Assembly (NCBI GenBank): GCA_963749155.1 | Contig: CAVVLO010000004.1 | Span: 1 to 64,000 of the forward strand | Source of the DNA: an uncultured Armatimonadia bacterium | GTDB lineage: Bacteria > Armatimonadota > Zipacnadia > CAVVLO01 | Direction of reading: 5' to 3' | DNA length: 64,000 nucleotides | The notes under the pieces: model-generated | What the model was told of the DNA's origin: nothing | Seen by the model: the letters and a program-made list of their open reading frames with translations, nothing else | Databases searched by the model: none | Program-made: the position numbers and the translations under genes | In this document: piece by piece, positions 1 to 9,586 of the stretch | Layout of the letters: every line of letters begins with the position of its first letter | How positions within the stretch are numbered: the first letter of the stretch is position 1

Positions 1-282
1 GGAAGCGTCCGAGGCGACTTTATCGCTGTCCCAGACATCAGGCTTGCCTGCGGCAAGGGCCTCGACGGAAGAGGCCACCTGCACCTGCCAGGCTTTCTGC
101 ATCGCGCCTCGGGCGGTGTCGTTTACCTGCCAGAACAAGCGCGGTGCCGGCGTGTCGAGGCCAAGGGCTTCTGACTGATACTCGCAGCGCAAGTTGGTCG
201 GGGCAAGAGGGGCAGCCTCCGAACCCAAAGCCAGGAAAGTTGCCATCAAAAGAACCAAAGCCAGGCTGGAGCAGAGCATCAT
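1..282 (-). CDS. Alpha-L-rhamnosidase (GH78)-like secreted protein, N-terminal part, runs off the window edge
   Basis: Not in the ORF track. Hand translation MMLCSSLALVLLMATFLALGSEAAPLAPTNLRCEYQSEALGLDTPAPRLFWQ...QKAWQVQVAS...DVWDSDKVASDAS shows a signal peptide and the LRCEY..LG.D...PR..W...WDS.KV N-terminal pattern of GH78; AAGGAG RBS upstream. Confidence 0.75.
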   Translation of the reverse strand, partial: MMLCSSLALVLLMATFLALGSEAAPLAPTNLRCEYQSEALGLDTPAPRLFWQVNDTARGAMQKAWQVQVASSVEALAAGKPDVWDSDKVASDAS

Positions 283-430
283 CCGGCTCCTTCGTGTATT
301 TTTCACAAGCGCTCCTTTGGATATTTGGTGGCTAGCAGGTTCGTGGTCGGCTGACTTTTCCCTGCGCTCTGCTGCAACCGAACGAGGAGGCGCGGCGTAT
401 CAGAAGAAAGAACCCCTGAAGGAGGCTCTT

Positions 431-2063
431 ATGGAACGCTATGCCTTGATCTTGTCGATTTGCCTGCTTGCCTTTATTCTCGCTGGCTGCGCGCTGGCCC
501 AGCCAGAGCCCGACAAAGGCCCCTACGAGGCGACTGTCCGGGTTACTGGCGAAGTTTTGAACACCGTAAATCCACTGCTGTTCGGCGATAATCTCGAATG
601 GACGAACAATGGGATGGGGCTGTGGAATCCCGAGACCAAAGCCTTCAACCAGGCCTTCGTCGAAGAGGTGCGCGCGGCAGGAGTGACCCATCTGCGCTAT
701 CCGGGCGGCACGCTGTCCGACTTCTTCGATTGGGAGAAGACCATCGGAGAAGGTCGCCAGGAGATAATCAACCCCTTCGCTGACAAACAGTCAGGGGTGC
801 CCGAGTTCCCAGCTTTCGGGGTGGACGAATTCTTCGCGCTTTGCAAGGAGCTGGATTGCCAGGCCACCATCACGCTTAACGCCGGGACAGGTACGCCCGA
901 GCAAGCCGCTGCTCTTGTGAGATACTGCCTGGCCAAGGAGGTCCCCAACCTTAGTTTTACCGTCGGTAATGAGATCTACATGGCAAAGGATGAAGAGGAG
1001 ACAGTCCTTGATGTGCCCATCGGAAAGACACCGGAGGAGTATGTCGCCTTCTTCAAGCGCACGCAGGAGCTGGTCTCGGAGTTCGCGCCCGAAGTAAAAC
1101 TCGGCGCCATCGGGCTGGTGAACTCACCGACCTTCCCCCTCAACAAATACCCGACCTGGCAGCCCGTTGTGCTGCGCGAACTGGCCGGCCAGATGGCTTT
1201 TCTCGACATACACAACGGTTATGCACCTGGCCTGAGGCGGCCCTTCATACCTGGTCAGTCAACCTTGTCAGATGAAGATTTCGCCGCGGCCTTCCTGGCA
1301 GCGCCGAAGTCGGTGAAGGAGAACCTCGATGAGACTTTCGAGCAGCTCGCGCTCTTTGGGGGCGAGGCGGGGGCCAATGACGCCTGTCGCAATTAGCGAA
1401 TACGGCCCGCTGATTTATCCGATTGACGAAGCCCACCTGGTGGAGGATCTTTCCTGGAATCGCAACATCACCGCGGCCCTTTACCTGGCCTCGCTTTATC
1501 ATGTGCTGCTTGCGGAGCCGCGGATCTCCTGGGCCAACCATCTGCCACTGCTGCAGGGCGGCTTCGGAGCGTTGGTTGGGCTTGAAGTTACCCCTGATTT
1601 CCAGCTTCGCAGTTGGCGCAACACGACCTTCTGGGTCTTCCAGCAATATGTTGGGCTGTCCGGCCGCCAGGTGATGAGACTGTCGACTGACTGCCCGACT
1701 TATAATGCAGAAGCCATCGGCATCGTGCCCGAGGTGAGGGGCGCGTCCCTGCTCGACTGTGGCGCCTATCGCAGCCAGGACGGCAAGCAGATAACAGTAA
1801 CCTTGCTCAACAAGTCGCTCTCGCAGGCGGCCTCTGTCAGCCTCGAACCAGGCTGGGAAAGCTTCTCGGTACACAAAGCGACCCTCTTCACCAGTGCTGG
1901 CTTCAGAGATGAGAACAGCGCGGATATGCCCGAACTTGTCATACCCAAAGCCTTTCACCTGCCAGCGACCGAGTGCCCCTCCGGTGGCAAACTGAGCCTC
2001 GAGGTGCCGCGTTTTTCGCTTGTCACCCTGACGCTTATCGAAGGACTACCTGTAGAGGATTGA
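431..2063 (+). CDS. GH51-like alpha-L-arabinofuranosidase family protein, secreted; apparent frameshift at about 1360-1385
   Basis: AAGGAGG RBS before ATG 431, signal peptide, LRYPGG and GNE motifs in the first ORF; ISEYG nucleophile motif and C-terminal beta-sandwich in ORF 1329..2063; the break lies at G-runs. Confidence 0.7.
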
Positions 2064-2080
2064 AACAGCTCAGGGCGAAT
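2054..2080 (+). promoter_or_regulatory. SigH-like promoter motif AGAGGA-N15-GCGAAT
   Basis: Motif recurring upstream of about 10 genes in the window; lies 14 nt before GTG 2095. Confidence 0.5.
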
Positions 2081-2094
2081 CCTGCCCTGCGGAG

Positions 2095-4256
2095 GTGTCC
2101 AAATTGAAACGCTCTGTAAATATCTCGGTTCTACTTGGACTGGCATTATTAGTAATAATCAGTCTGTCTGCCTGCGCGCAGCAGGACGCTGGAGAACTGC
2201 CTCGGGAGTTCCTTGCGGCCTCCTGCACCAAGGCGCCGGCAATCGATGGCGCGAATACGGCTGGCGAATGGGACGAGGCGCGCAAGTATGAGTTTCTGAT
2301 GCCTATGGGCTCGGCCGACAGTGTGGCTTCAACCGCCAAGGTCGTGCTCTACCTGATGAACTCGACTACCGATTTGTACATCGGCATGCAGGTTGAGGAC
2401 GACAGCGCCCAGGCTTCAATGCAGCCAGTGGACATCGACCTCTTCGTAATCGGCTTCTGCAAAGGCGCCAGTCTGGAGGAGGGAGACGACAGGCGTTTTG
2501 TCGCCCAGGGGCTCTTTGGCGACAAGTATTTCCTCTCTCCCGGCCAGGACGCCGATGATACCCAAAAAGATGGCGAAGGCACGATGGTCTGGCGCGAGGG
2601 CGCCTGGTTCCTCGAAGATCCGTATCCCTCTTGCCAGTGGCGACACACAAGATCTCCAGGCGAGGCCTGGCGAGACTCTTAAATGGAATCTGGTGTTCGG
2701 CGATGGCTTCAAGGCAACCCTGACAGGCACGCAAGGTAGGCGGGCTTTTCAGTGGTGATATGGACAACGCAACAAGTTGGGGGTATCTGAAGTTGGCTGG
2801 TGACGTAACAGAAGCGGCGGCGCCCTCTGCGCCCGAATGGCTGGAAACGCTCTTCCCCTGGACTGGCGAGCCGGACCAGTTCGCCCATCGCCTGCAGCGG
2901 CTCGAGGCCAAGCCTCTCGTGGTAAACGGAGAGCAGGGCGGCGAAGTGACCTGCAAGTTTATCTATCCGGAAATCGACGGCGCCACCACCGAGGGGTTTA
3001 TCAAGTTCTTCCTGCCGCCCCGGGCAAGCGAGCCTGGCGCGAAAGTGCCACTATTGCATTATGCTGGTTATGAGACCGACGCGGGTGGCGCGATGCCCTT
3101 CCTCGAGCTTGGCTGTGCGGTCTCGACGGTGCACGCCAATGGACTGAATCCCCTCAGCAGAGGTCCCAACTTCGAGTGGGCGATGATGCACGCCGAACGC
3201 CGACTGCCTTTCGTGGATGATGGACGCGTGTTCGTGCGCGGCGGCAGCGCCGGTGGCTATATGACGCTGATGGTGGCCTCGGAGACCTTCCCGCTACTTG
3301 GCGCCTCACCTGATGTGCCGCCCACCAACTGGGCCTACAATGCGGCCTTCATTGGCAAGAACAAAGCTATCGCCGGCACTTTGAAACCTGGCACCGACCA
3401 GCCTCAACTGCCTGTGACCTTTATCGTAAGCGCTATCACTGACCAGGCTGAAGCGCGTTTTGGGCCCGACTGGGAAGCGCCAGTCTATTTCAACCTGTCG
3501 CCAGTGCGGGTGATAGAGGGCATAACCGCGCCAGTGCTGGGCATCTGGAGCACCGCCGATATGCTGGTGCCCATCCAGCAAGTCTCACCTGATTATGTAC
3601 AACCCTACGTGAAAGCGGACTTCCCCGAAGGCTTCAAGATGGGGATGGAAGAGCTGCTTGCAAGGCCGGAAGAGCGCCTTTCTCTCTTTGACGTCGTGCC
3701 TGCGAGTGACCGCCGGGTCTTCGTGATTCCTGCACCGGAAGGCGCTGGCAAGCTGCAGCCGGATGGCTCTGTCGTTGATGGCGCGCATAAGCCCATCGAA
3801 ACGCCCTTCTGCGAGACCCAGCAGTGGAGTATCGTCATCGTGGACGAAGGCGCGCCGGAGCCGCATGTCGGTCATTTTAAATATGCGCTAGGCCCCGACG
3901 TGATGCCCTTTATCAGATGGATACTCAGGACTCCAGTCCGGCCCGAGCAGCTCACTTCGGCGAAGCTGGAACTGCTTATGCGGCGCTTCCAGGGGCTTCA
4001 GCAGTATCAATTCACTGTCAATCCTCCAGGGGGCGAATCCTACCAGGCCCGGATGCTGGACTTCGAGCAGGCGGAGCGCTTCGATGTCGTGCGCAGCCTC
4101 TTGACCTTCGCGCAGGACGACGCCTGCGCTTTGCGTCTGGCGGACCTTTATTCGCGCCTTCCCGCGGAGCGACGCGACCTCGGTACGAAGCTTGGCACCG
4201 GCACCGCCCAGTCCGTGAGAGACATGCTGGAAGCGCGCGAGAAGGCTTTGTTCTAA
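2095..4256 (+). CDS. Lipoprotein/secreted protein: N-terminal CBM9/DOMON-like domain plus alpha/beta-hydrolase (esterase/peptidase-like) domain; two apparent frameshifts (about 2615 and 2740)
   Basis: Signal peptide with LSAC lipobox, AP.IDG....EW sugar-binding-domain pattern, GGSAGG nucleophile elbow in ORF 2760..4256; three consecutive ORFs join into one coherent protein. Confidence 0.55.
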
Positions 4257-4277
4257 GCGGCTCAAAGGGAGAGGCAA

Positions 4278-5816
4278 ATGGCAAAGAGACCCAATATCCT
4301 GTTGCTCTATACTGACCAGCAGCGTTATGACACCGTGCATGCGCTGGGCAATGCGGTCATCCAGACGCCGACTCTTGATCGTCTTGTAAACGAAGGCACA
4401 GCCTTTACCAGCGCCTATTGCGCCTCGCCGGTGTGCATCTCATCGCGCTGCAGCTTGCTACTCGGCCAATATGCGCACGAGACCGGCTGCGAAGACAACA
4501 TCCCGATGCCTCAGGATCGGGTCTCTCTGATGCAGCTTCTCAGCGAGTCTGGCTATCAGACCCACGGGGTCGGCAAGATGCACTTTATGCCTGACTCGTG
4601 GAAGCTGTGGGGCTTTGACTCCCGCGATTACAGCGAAGAGGGTGGCTTCAACCCCAAAGATGACTTCTGCAAGTCGCTTTCTTACGCGGGCTTTGGTCAT
4701 GTACTCAATCCCAATGGTGTGCGCAGCGAATATTACTACATCCCGCAGCCCTCGCAGGTGCCTCAGCAGTTGCACCATTCCTGGTGGGTCGCGGACAGAT
4801 CGCTGGATTTCCTGGCGCGCCGCAAGAAAGACCAGCCTTTCTTCCTTTGGTCGAGTTTTATAAAGCCGCATCCACCCTTTGAGAATCCCTATCCCTGGAA
4901 TCGCCTCTACAAGCCCATCGAGATGCCCTGGCCCTTCCTGCCTCCCCGGTATGAAGAACTGCAGACTCACTGGAATCGCGTCCAGAATCGTTACAAATAC
5001 AAGGATCAGGGCTCTGACGGGAATATCGTGCGCACAACGCGCGCGGCCTATTTCGCTGCCCTTTCCTTCGTGGACTACAATGCGGGGCGCATCCTGGCCA
5101 AACTGGAAGAAGAAGGCGAACTGGAAAACACGCTGGTCATATACACCGCTGACCATGGGGAGTTTTTGGGCGATTATGGGTGCTGGGGCAAGCGCTCGAT
5201 GCTCGATCCGGCTGCCCGCGTACCGCTGCTAGTGCGCTATCCGGAGCGTTTTGCCGCAGGGCAAAAGGTAACGAAGGTTGCGAGCGCCGTCGATGTGCTT
5301 CCCACCTGCCTTGAGGCAGCGGGGCTGCGCATCCCAGGCGATCGGAGCGGCGTTGACCTGGCCTCACTAGCCCGGGGAGAAGCCGACCGCGAAGCCATAC
5401 TCTGTCAGTTCCAGACAGAAGGTAATGGCCTTTACGCCCTCATCACCGAGGAGTGGAAATACATCTGGTCAGCTCCCGACCAGAAAGAATGGCTGCTGCG
5501 CAGGGCCGATGGCCAGGCGGAAACCACCAACCTGGCCGGCCATCCGGTCTACCAGCCGGTCGTGAACGCGCTTAGGGCTCAGCTAACAGGTCGCCTAAGC
5601 CAGGATGGCTACACTAAGGTGCTGGATGGCGAAGGCTGGAAGCGCTATCCAGTGCTGGAAGTGTCTGAGACGCCCGATGCGGGTCAGCTCTACCAGGAGG
5701 GCGGCGACGTGGAGCCGATGTTCCCCGAAGGCTATACACAGCGCTGCAATCCTTCGAAGGGCTTTGTGCCCTCTGACCTTAACTTCGGCACCAGGCCAGC
5801 TGGGAAGAAGCCTTAA
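4278..5816 (+). CDS. Cys-type sulfatase (choline-sulfatase/arylsulfatase-like), cytoplasmic
   Basis: RPNILLLYTDQQR, SPVCISSR (CxxxR), GKMH, KPHPP and DHGE motifs. Confidence 0.9.
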   Translation: MAKRPNILLLYTDQQRYDTVHALGNAVIQTPTLDRLVNEGTAFTSAYCASPVCISSRCSLLLGQYAHETGCEDNIPMPQDRVSLMQLLSESGYQTHGVGKMHFMPDSWKLWGFDSRDYSEEGGFNPKDDFCKSLSYAGFGHVLNPNGVRSEYYYIPQPSQVPQQLHHSWWVADRSLDFLARRKKDQPFFLWSSFIKPHPPFENPYPWNRLYKPIEMPWPFLPPRYEELQTHWNRVQNRYKYKDQGSDGNIVRTTRAAYFAALSFVDYNAGRILAKLEEEGELENTLVIYTADHGEFLGDYGCWGKRSMLDPAARVPLLVRYPERFAAGQKVTKVASAVDVLPTCLEAAGLRIPGDRSGVDLASLARGEADREAILCQFQTEGNGLYALITEEWKYIWSAPDQKEWLLRRADGQAETTNLAGHPVYQPVVNALRAQLTGRLSQDGYTKVLDGEGWKRYPVLEVSETPDAGQLYQEGGDVEPMFPEGYTQRCNPSKGFVPSDLNFGTRPAGKKP

Positions 5817-5834
5817 GAGGCATCCAGAAGCCAT

Positions 5835-5871
5835 AAGAGAGGCGAAGCCAAAGGGCCTCGCCTCTTCTTTT
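5835..5871. terminator. Intrinsic terminator between convergent genes
   Basis: AGAGGCGA...TCGCCTCT stem followed by TCTTTTT, directly after the sulfatase stop and facing the aldo/keto reductase. Confidence 0.7.
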
Positions 5872-5888
5872 TGCCTATTTCCTCTCTT

Positions 5889-6989
5889 CTAGCTCAGCGC
5901 TTCGTGGCTTTCCTTAAGCTGCTCGATGATGGGGATGTTTTGCGGGCACTTCTCTTCGCAGATCCCGCACTCAACGCAAGCCGAAGCCTTTTGTTTGCCC
6001 TCTTTGTGGTCTGGTCCGAAGCGTCTGTAGAGCCTCTTCGCATGGTCTGTCAGCCCCCAGACCCGGTGATAATTCATCGCGGCAAATATCTCCGGAATGG
6101 CTACCCCCTGTGGGCATGGCAGACAATAGCCGCAGCCGGTGCAATAGAGCTGAGCGAGCTTCTCATTGTCTTTCACGGCCTGGCGGATAGCCCTTAGCTC
6201 AATCTGACTAAGAGGTTCTTCCCGACTGCAGGTAGCTACATTCTCTTCCACCATCTGACGGTTGCCCATCCCCGAAAGCGCTGTGGTTACGTTGGGATTC
6301 GACAGCACAAAACGCAAAGCCAGGTCAGGGATAGAGCTGACCTCGGTCTCAACCATACCGGCTATCTCATCGGAACGCGCGCCCAGTCTTCCACCAGCGA
6401 CCGGTCCCATTATGCAAGCTGCCACACCACTTGCATGAGCGTGGGCGATGGCCTGTTCATTGGCGCGGTCCAGCAGGTTGTACTGGACAATCATCCCCTC
6501 GAATATGCCCGTATCTATCAGCTTCATAATCCCCTCGGGCGAGTCGTGGGAAGACATAGCGATGTGTTTGATGATTCCTTCGTCCCTGGCTTTGATGGCG
6601 GCCTCGAGGCCTCCGTTTGGCTTGCTGAAATGGTTCTCGAAGGCGTGCCAGCTCATCCCGTGAACGACACAGTAGAAGTCGATATAGTCGGTATCGAGCT
6701 TGGTCAGGGTCTGGTCCAGGTTGCGGCGCCAGGCCTCGTTGGTCCATTCACTGATGGCGTTCTTGCTTGAGATGTAGACCTTGTCGCGTCGGCCCTTGAT
6801 GGCCTTACCGACCATTATCTCGCTCTCACCATCGACATACATCATCGCGGTATCGATGTAGTTGATGCCCAGGTCCATCCCATATTGAAGCAGGGCAACT
6901 CCCTCGTCGTGATCTTTGGGCAATCGCATTGCGCCAAAGGTCAGTGTAGACACTTTCTTGCCAGTCTTGCCATACTCTCTATACTGCAT
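5889..6989 (-). CDS. Aldo/keto reductase with C-terminal 4Fe-4S dicluster domain
   Basis: YREYGKTGKKVS.L.FGAMRLP, DTAMMY, SSK catalytic residues; CTGCGYC.PC and CVECGICEEKCPQ Fe-S motifs. Confidence 0.9.
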   Translation of the reverse strand: MQYREYGKTGKKVSTLTFGAMRLPKDHDEGVALLQYGMDLGINYIDTAMMYVDGESEIMVGKAIKGRRDKVYISSKNAISEWTNEAWRRNLDQTLTKLDTDYIDFYCVVHGMSWHAFENHFSKPNGGLEAAIKARDEGIIKHIAMSSHDSPEGIMKLIDTGIFEGMIVQYNLLDRANEQAIAHAHASGVAACIMGPVAGGRLGARSDEIAGMVETEVSSIPDLALRFVLSNPNVTTALSGMGNRQMVEENVATCSREEPLSQIELRAIRQAVKDNEKLAQLYCTGCGYCLPCPQGVAIPEIFAAMNYHRVWGLTDHAKRLYRRFGPDHKEGKQKASACVECGICEEKCPQNIPIIEQLKESHEALS

Positions 6990-7036
6990 TTTGGTCCTCC
7001 TACTACTCTAAGTAAGGCCACTAGGCCAGATTCACG

Positions 7037-7065
7037 AAAGGAAACGCCCGGGCATATGCCGGGCG
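7037..7065 (-). terminator. Probable intrinsic terminator downstream of the glycyl radical enzyme gene
   Basis: CGCCCGG-N7-CCGGGCG hairpin followed on the minus strand by TTTCCTTT. Confidence 0.5.
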
Positions 7066-7143
7066 CTTGAGCCTCAGCAAGAAGTCAACTTCGACCTCTT
7101 GTTAAATTGTAGTAAAACTTTTCGAAAGCCTCAACCAGTTTCT

Positions 7144-9480
7144 CTAACGCTCGTGTTTCGTCCTGGCGATTATGTGGTTTTGAAGCTCGCGATCAAGCAG
7201 ACAGAAAAGCTGGCTGAAGCCTGAAACCCTCACGCAGAGGTTGCGGTGCTCTTCCGGCCTCTCCTGGGCAGCTCTCAGCAAGTCTTCGCTAACGACATTC
7301 AGTTGCATCTGCCCAACGCCAAGGGCAATAGCAGTCTGGATTAAATCTACAAACGCCGGGCGATTCTCTGGCCTCAAGAGCACTGGGTCCGCCTCGAGGA
7401 TGGCTGAACTGCTGGCAGCAGCCTTATCATGGGGCAGTTTGGCAAGCGACTGGATAACGGCAGTAAAGCCCTCATGGTCACGCCCTTGAACAGGCGAAAG
7501 ACTATAGGCAAGCGGCTCACCGAACTTGCGCCCTTCCGCCGAAGCTGCCGTGCGCTTGCCATGGTGGAGCATCAAGGTGAAGGTGAACAAATGGCAATGG
7601 AAGCGCCCTCCCGAAACGGTGCGGTGCTTGCCAAGTTCATCGCAGTAGTGACGAGTGATCTCAGCCGCAAAGCCATCCGGAAGCGCTTCGTCGTTGCCAT
7701 ACTTGGGAAGCTTGTGGCGCAAGTAAAGCAGAAGCTCTTCTTGCCCTTCGTAATTCGTTCTCAAAGCCTCCAGCAACTCGGCGCCAGTGACTTTCTTCTC
7801 CTCGAAGACGGCCTTCTGCAAAGCGGCAAGACTGTCAGCGACATTAGGGATGGCCATTGCCGCACTTGAATGGTAGTTATAGCGAGCCCCTCCCTGGATA
7901 ATGTCCTTTCCCTTTGCAACGCAGTCATCGGTCAGCAAAGACAGATAAGGCAGCCTGAACTGGCTTCTGTGCGCCAGCTCAGCCGAGTTGGAGCCATATA
8001 CCGCAAGAGGCGCGAAGTATTCCACCTGCTGCTTGTAGGCTGCGATAACGTCCTCCAGGCTCTTGAATTCGGCAAGTGTGCCTGTTTTTGGACCCACCTG
8101 GACGCCATCAAGCATATCCTTGCCATCGTTCAGGGCGAATTCGAGGCATTTGGCCAAATTTATCCAGTGGCTGACCGCATGAGGATTAGCCATCCCCGGG
8201 AGGGTTATCTCAATACAGCCAATTGCCGCATACCCGCGCGCATCTTCGACAGGCAATCCCTGGGCTACAAGGGCTGGCACCAACGCCTCATCATTGAAGA
8301 AAAAGGGGATGCCTCCCCCCTTGGCAAGCAGATCCACGCAACGCGAGACAAAGGCCCTCGGACTGCCCTTGTGAAGGCGCGCCGACAGGCACCGAACGAA
8401 GCCCATCCCCTCTGTCACATCAAGGATAAGATACGACAGTGGATTGGTAGCGTCAGTCCCATCTGGAAGCTGACCGCCCACCATTGCCTGCTGCACATCG
8501 TAGGGCAGGTAGAGCTTTAGCCAGAAAGCCCCAAGCAGTTCAGCGGCCGCTTTCCAGTCCAGTCTTCCCTCTGCCAAATCGGCTTCGAGATAAGGCCAAA
8601 GATACTGGTCCATCCGACCAAGGCCATTTGCGTTGAGGTTGTCCTCCCAGCAGGTGATCATATGGGCGAACCAAAGGGACTGCAAAGCCTCGTGGAAGGT
8701 GGTCGCAGGCTGTTCTGGCACTCGCTCGCAGATGGTGGCGAGTTGCTCAAGCTCCTCTCGCTTGCCTTCGTCATTCTCAAGCTGAGCCCTTAGCCGTAGC
8801 TCTGCCGCATGCCGCTTGCCAAGGCCTGAGGCCACCTCACAGAACCGTTGCCAGGCCAGTAGATTAGCCCTCTGCTCCGGCGCGTCGGGCATCGCGTGGT
8901 CGAGGGTGGCAAGCCGTTCTTCCACCTGGGCCTTGAGGCCTGAGAAGCCAAGCTTGAGTACCTTCTCGTAGGCGCGAATGCTATGGTTGAGGTCGGTCCC
9001 CCAAATCTCGATGGCTGCGTGTTCTTGCGCCCTCCGAACCTCTTCCGTCCAGGGGGCAACACTGCCATAAAGCTGATAGGCAAAAGGCTCGGTTTTCACC
9101 CCTTTGACCATCCGCTTTTTCTGGGCATCAGAGAGCAAAGGACTAGCCTGAATTCGCTCTACATAATCACCAGGCTGAAGCGGGCGGAAGTTGGTCATCT
9201 CATGGTCGCCACCATGCTCACCAACCAATAATTCGCCCTCGGTATATTTTACCGGCATGCACTCGAGGACTCGCGAAAGCGCTTCGACATTTCTGATTGG
9301 CAGTGGTTGATAACCAGCCTCCAGCCAACCTTCAAGGTAGTAATAATCGCGCAGTATCCCAAAACGAAGCTCATCAGGTTGGGCTATCATCCGCTCGCGC
9401 AAAGGTTTCAGTCGCTTGCTTGGTGATATGGCTTTAGACTTGCGATCTGGAATAATACTTCCCATCCGGACATCCCTCAT
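7144..9480 (-). CDS. Glycyl radical enzyme (PFL2/PflD-like family, substrate unknown)
   Basis: GRMDQYL, GCIE thiyl loop (single Cys), PKYGND and C-terminal RVSGF glycyl radical motif; 778 aa. Confidence 0.85.
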   Translation of the reverse strand: MRDVRMGSIIPDRKSKAISPSKRLKPLRERMIAQPDELRFGILRDYYYLEGWLEAGYQPLPIRNVEALSRVLECMPVKYTEGELLVGEHGGDHEMTNFRPLQPGDYVERIQASPLLSDAQKKRMVKGVKTEPFAYQLYGSVAPWTEEVRRAQEHAAIEIWGTDLNHSIRAYEKVLKLGFSGLKAQVEERLATLDHAMPDAPEQRANLLAWQRFCEVASGLGKRHAAELRLRAQLENDEGKREELEQLATICERVPEQPATTFHEALQSLWFAHMITCWEDNLNANGLGRMDQYLWPYLEADLAEGRLDWKAAAELLGAFWLKLYLPYDVQQAMVGGQLPDGTDATNPLSYLILDVTEGMGFVRCLSARLHKGSPRAFVSRCVDLLAKGGGIPFFFNDEALVPALVAQGLPVEDARGYAAIGCIEITLPGMANPHAVSHWINLAKCLEFALNDGKDMLDGVQVGPKTGTLAEFKSLEDVIAAYKQQVEYFAPLAVYGSNSAELAHRSQFRLPYLSLLTDDCVAKGKDIIQGGARYNYHSSAAMAIPNVADSLAALQKAVFEEKKVTGAELLEALRTNYEGQEELLLYLRHKLPKYGNDEALPDGFAAEITRHYCDELGKHRTVSGGRFHCHLFTFTLMLHHGKRTAASAEGRKFGEPLAYSLSPVQGRDHEGFTAVIQSLAKLPHDKAAASSSAILEADPVLLRPENRPAFVDLIQTAIALGVGQMQLNVVSEDLLRAAQERPEEHRNLCVRVSGFSQLFCLLDRELQNHIIARTKHER

Positions 9481-9498
9481 TGTCTAATTTGGGCAGGA

Positions 9499-9525
9499 CT
9501 TCGACCGGAAGTGTAGCATACCTTT
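9499..9525 (-). promoter_or_regulatory. SigH-like promoter motif AAAGGT-N15-TCGAAG
   Basis: Recurring motif, 18 nt upstream of the GRE start codon. Confidence 0.35.
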
Positions 9526-9586
9526 ACAGTATTATTTTTTACCGAAGAAAAATCCGATTGATATCTTGTCTCTCAGGAGAAAGCCA

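Noticed and set aside
373..399. ECF-type promoter TGCAAC-N17-CGTA before the GH51-like gene
   Set aside because: A single short match with no second instance to support it.
7144..9480. Naming the glycyl radical enzyme pflB, cutC or hypD
   Set aside because: It has no Cys-Cys pair and no diagnostic gene context, so the substrate cannot be assigned by eye.
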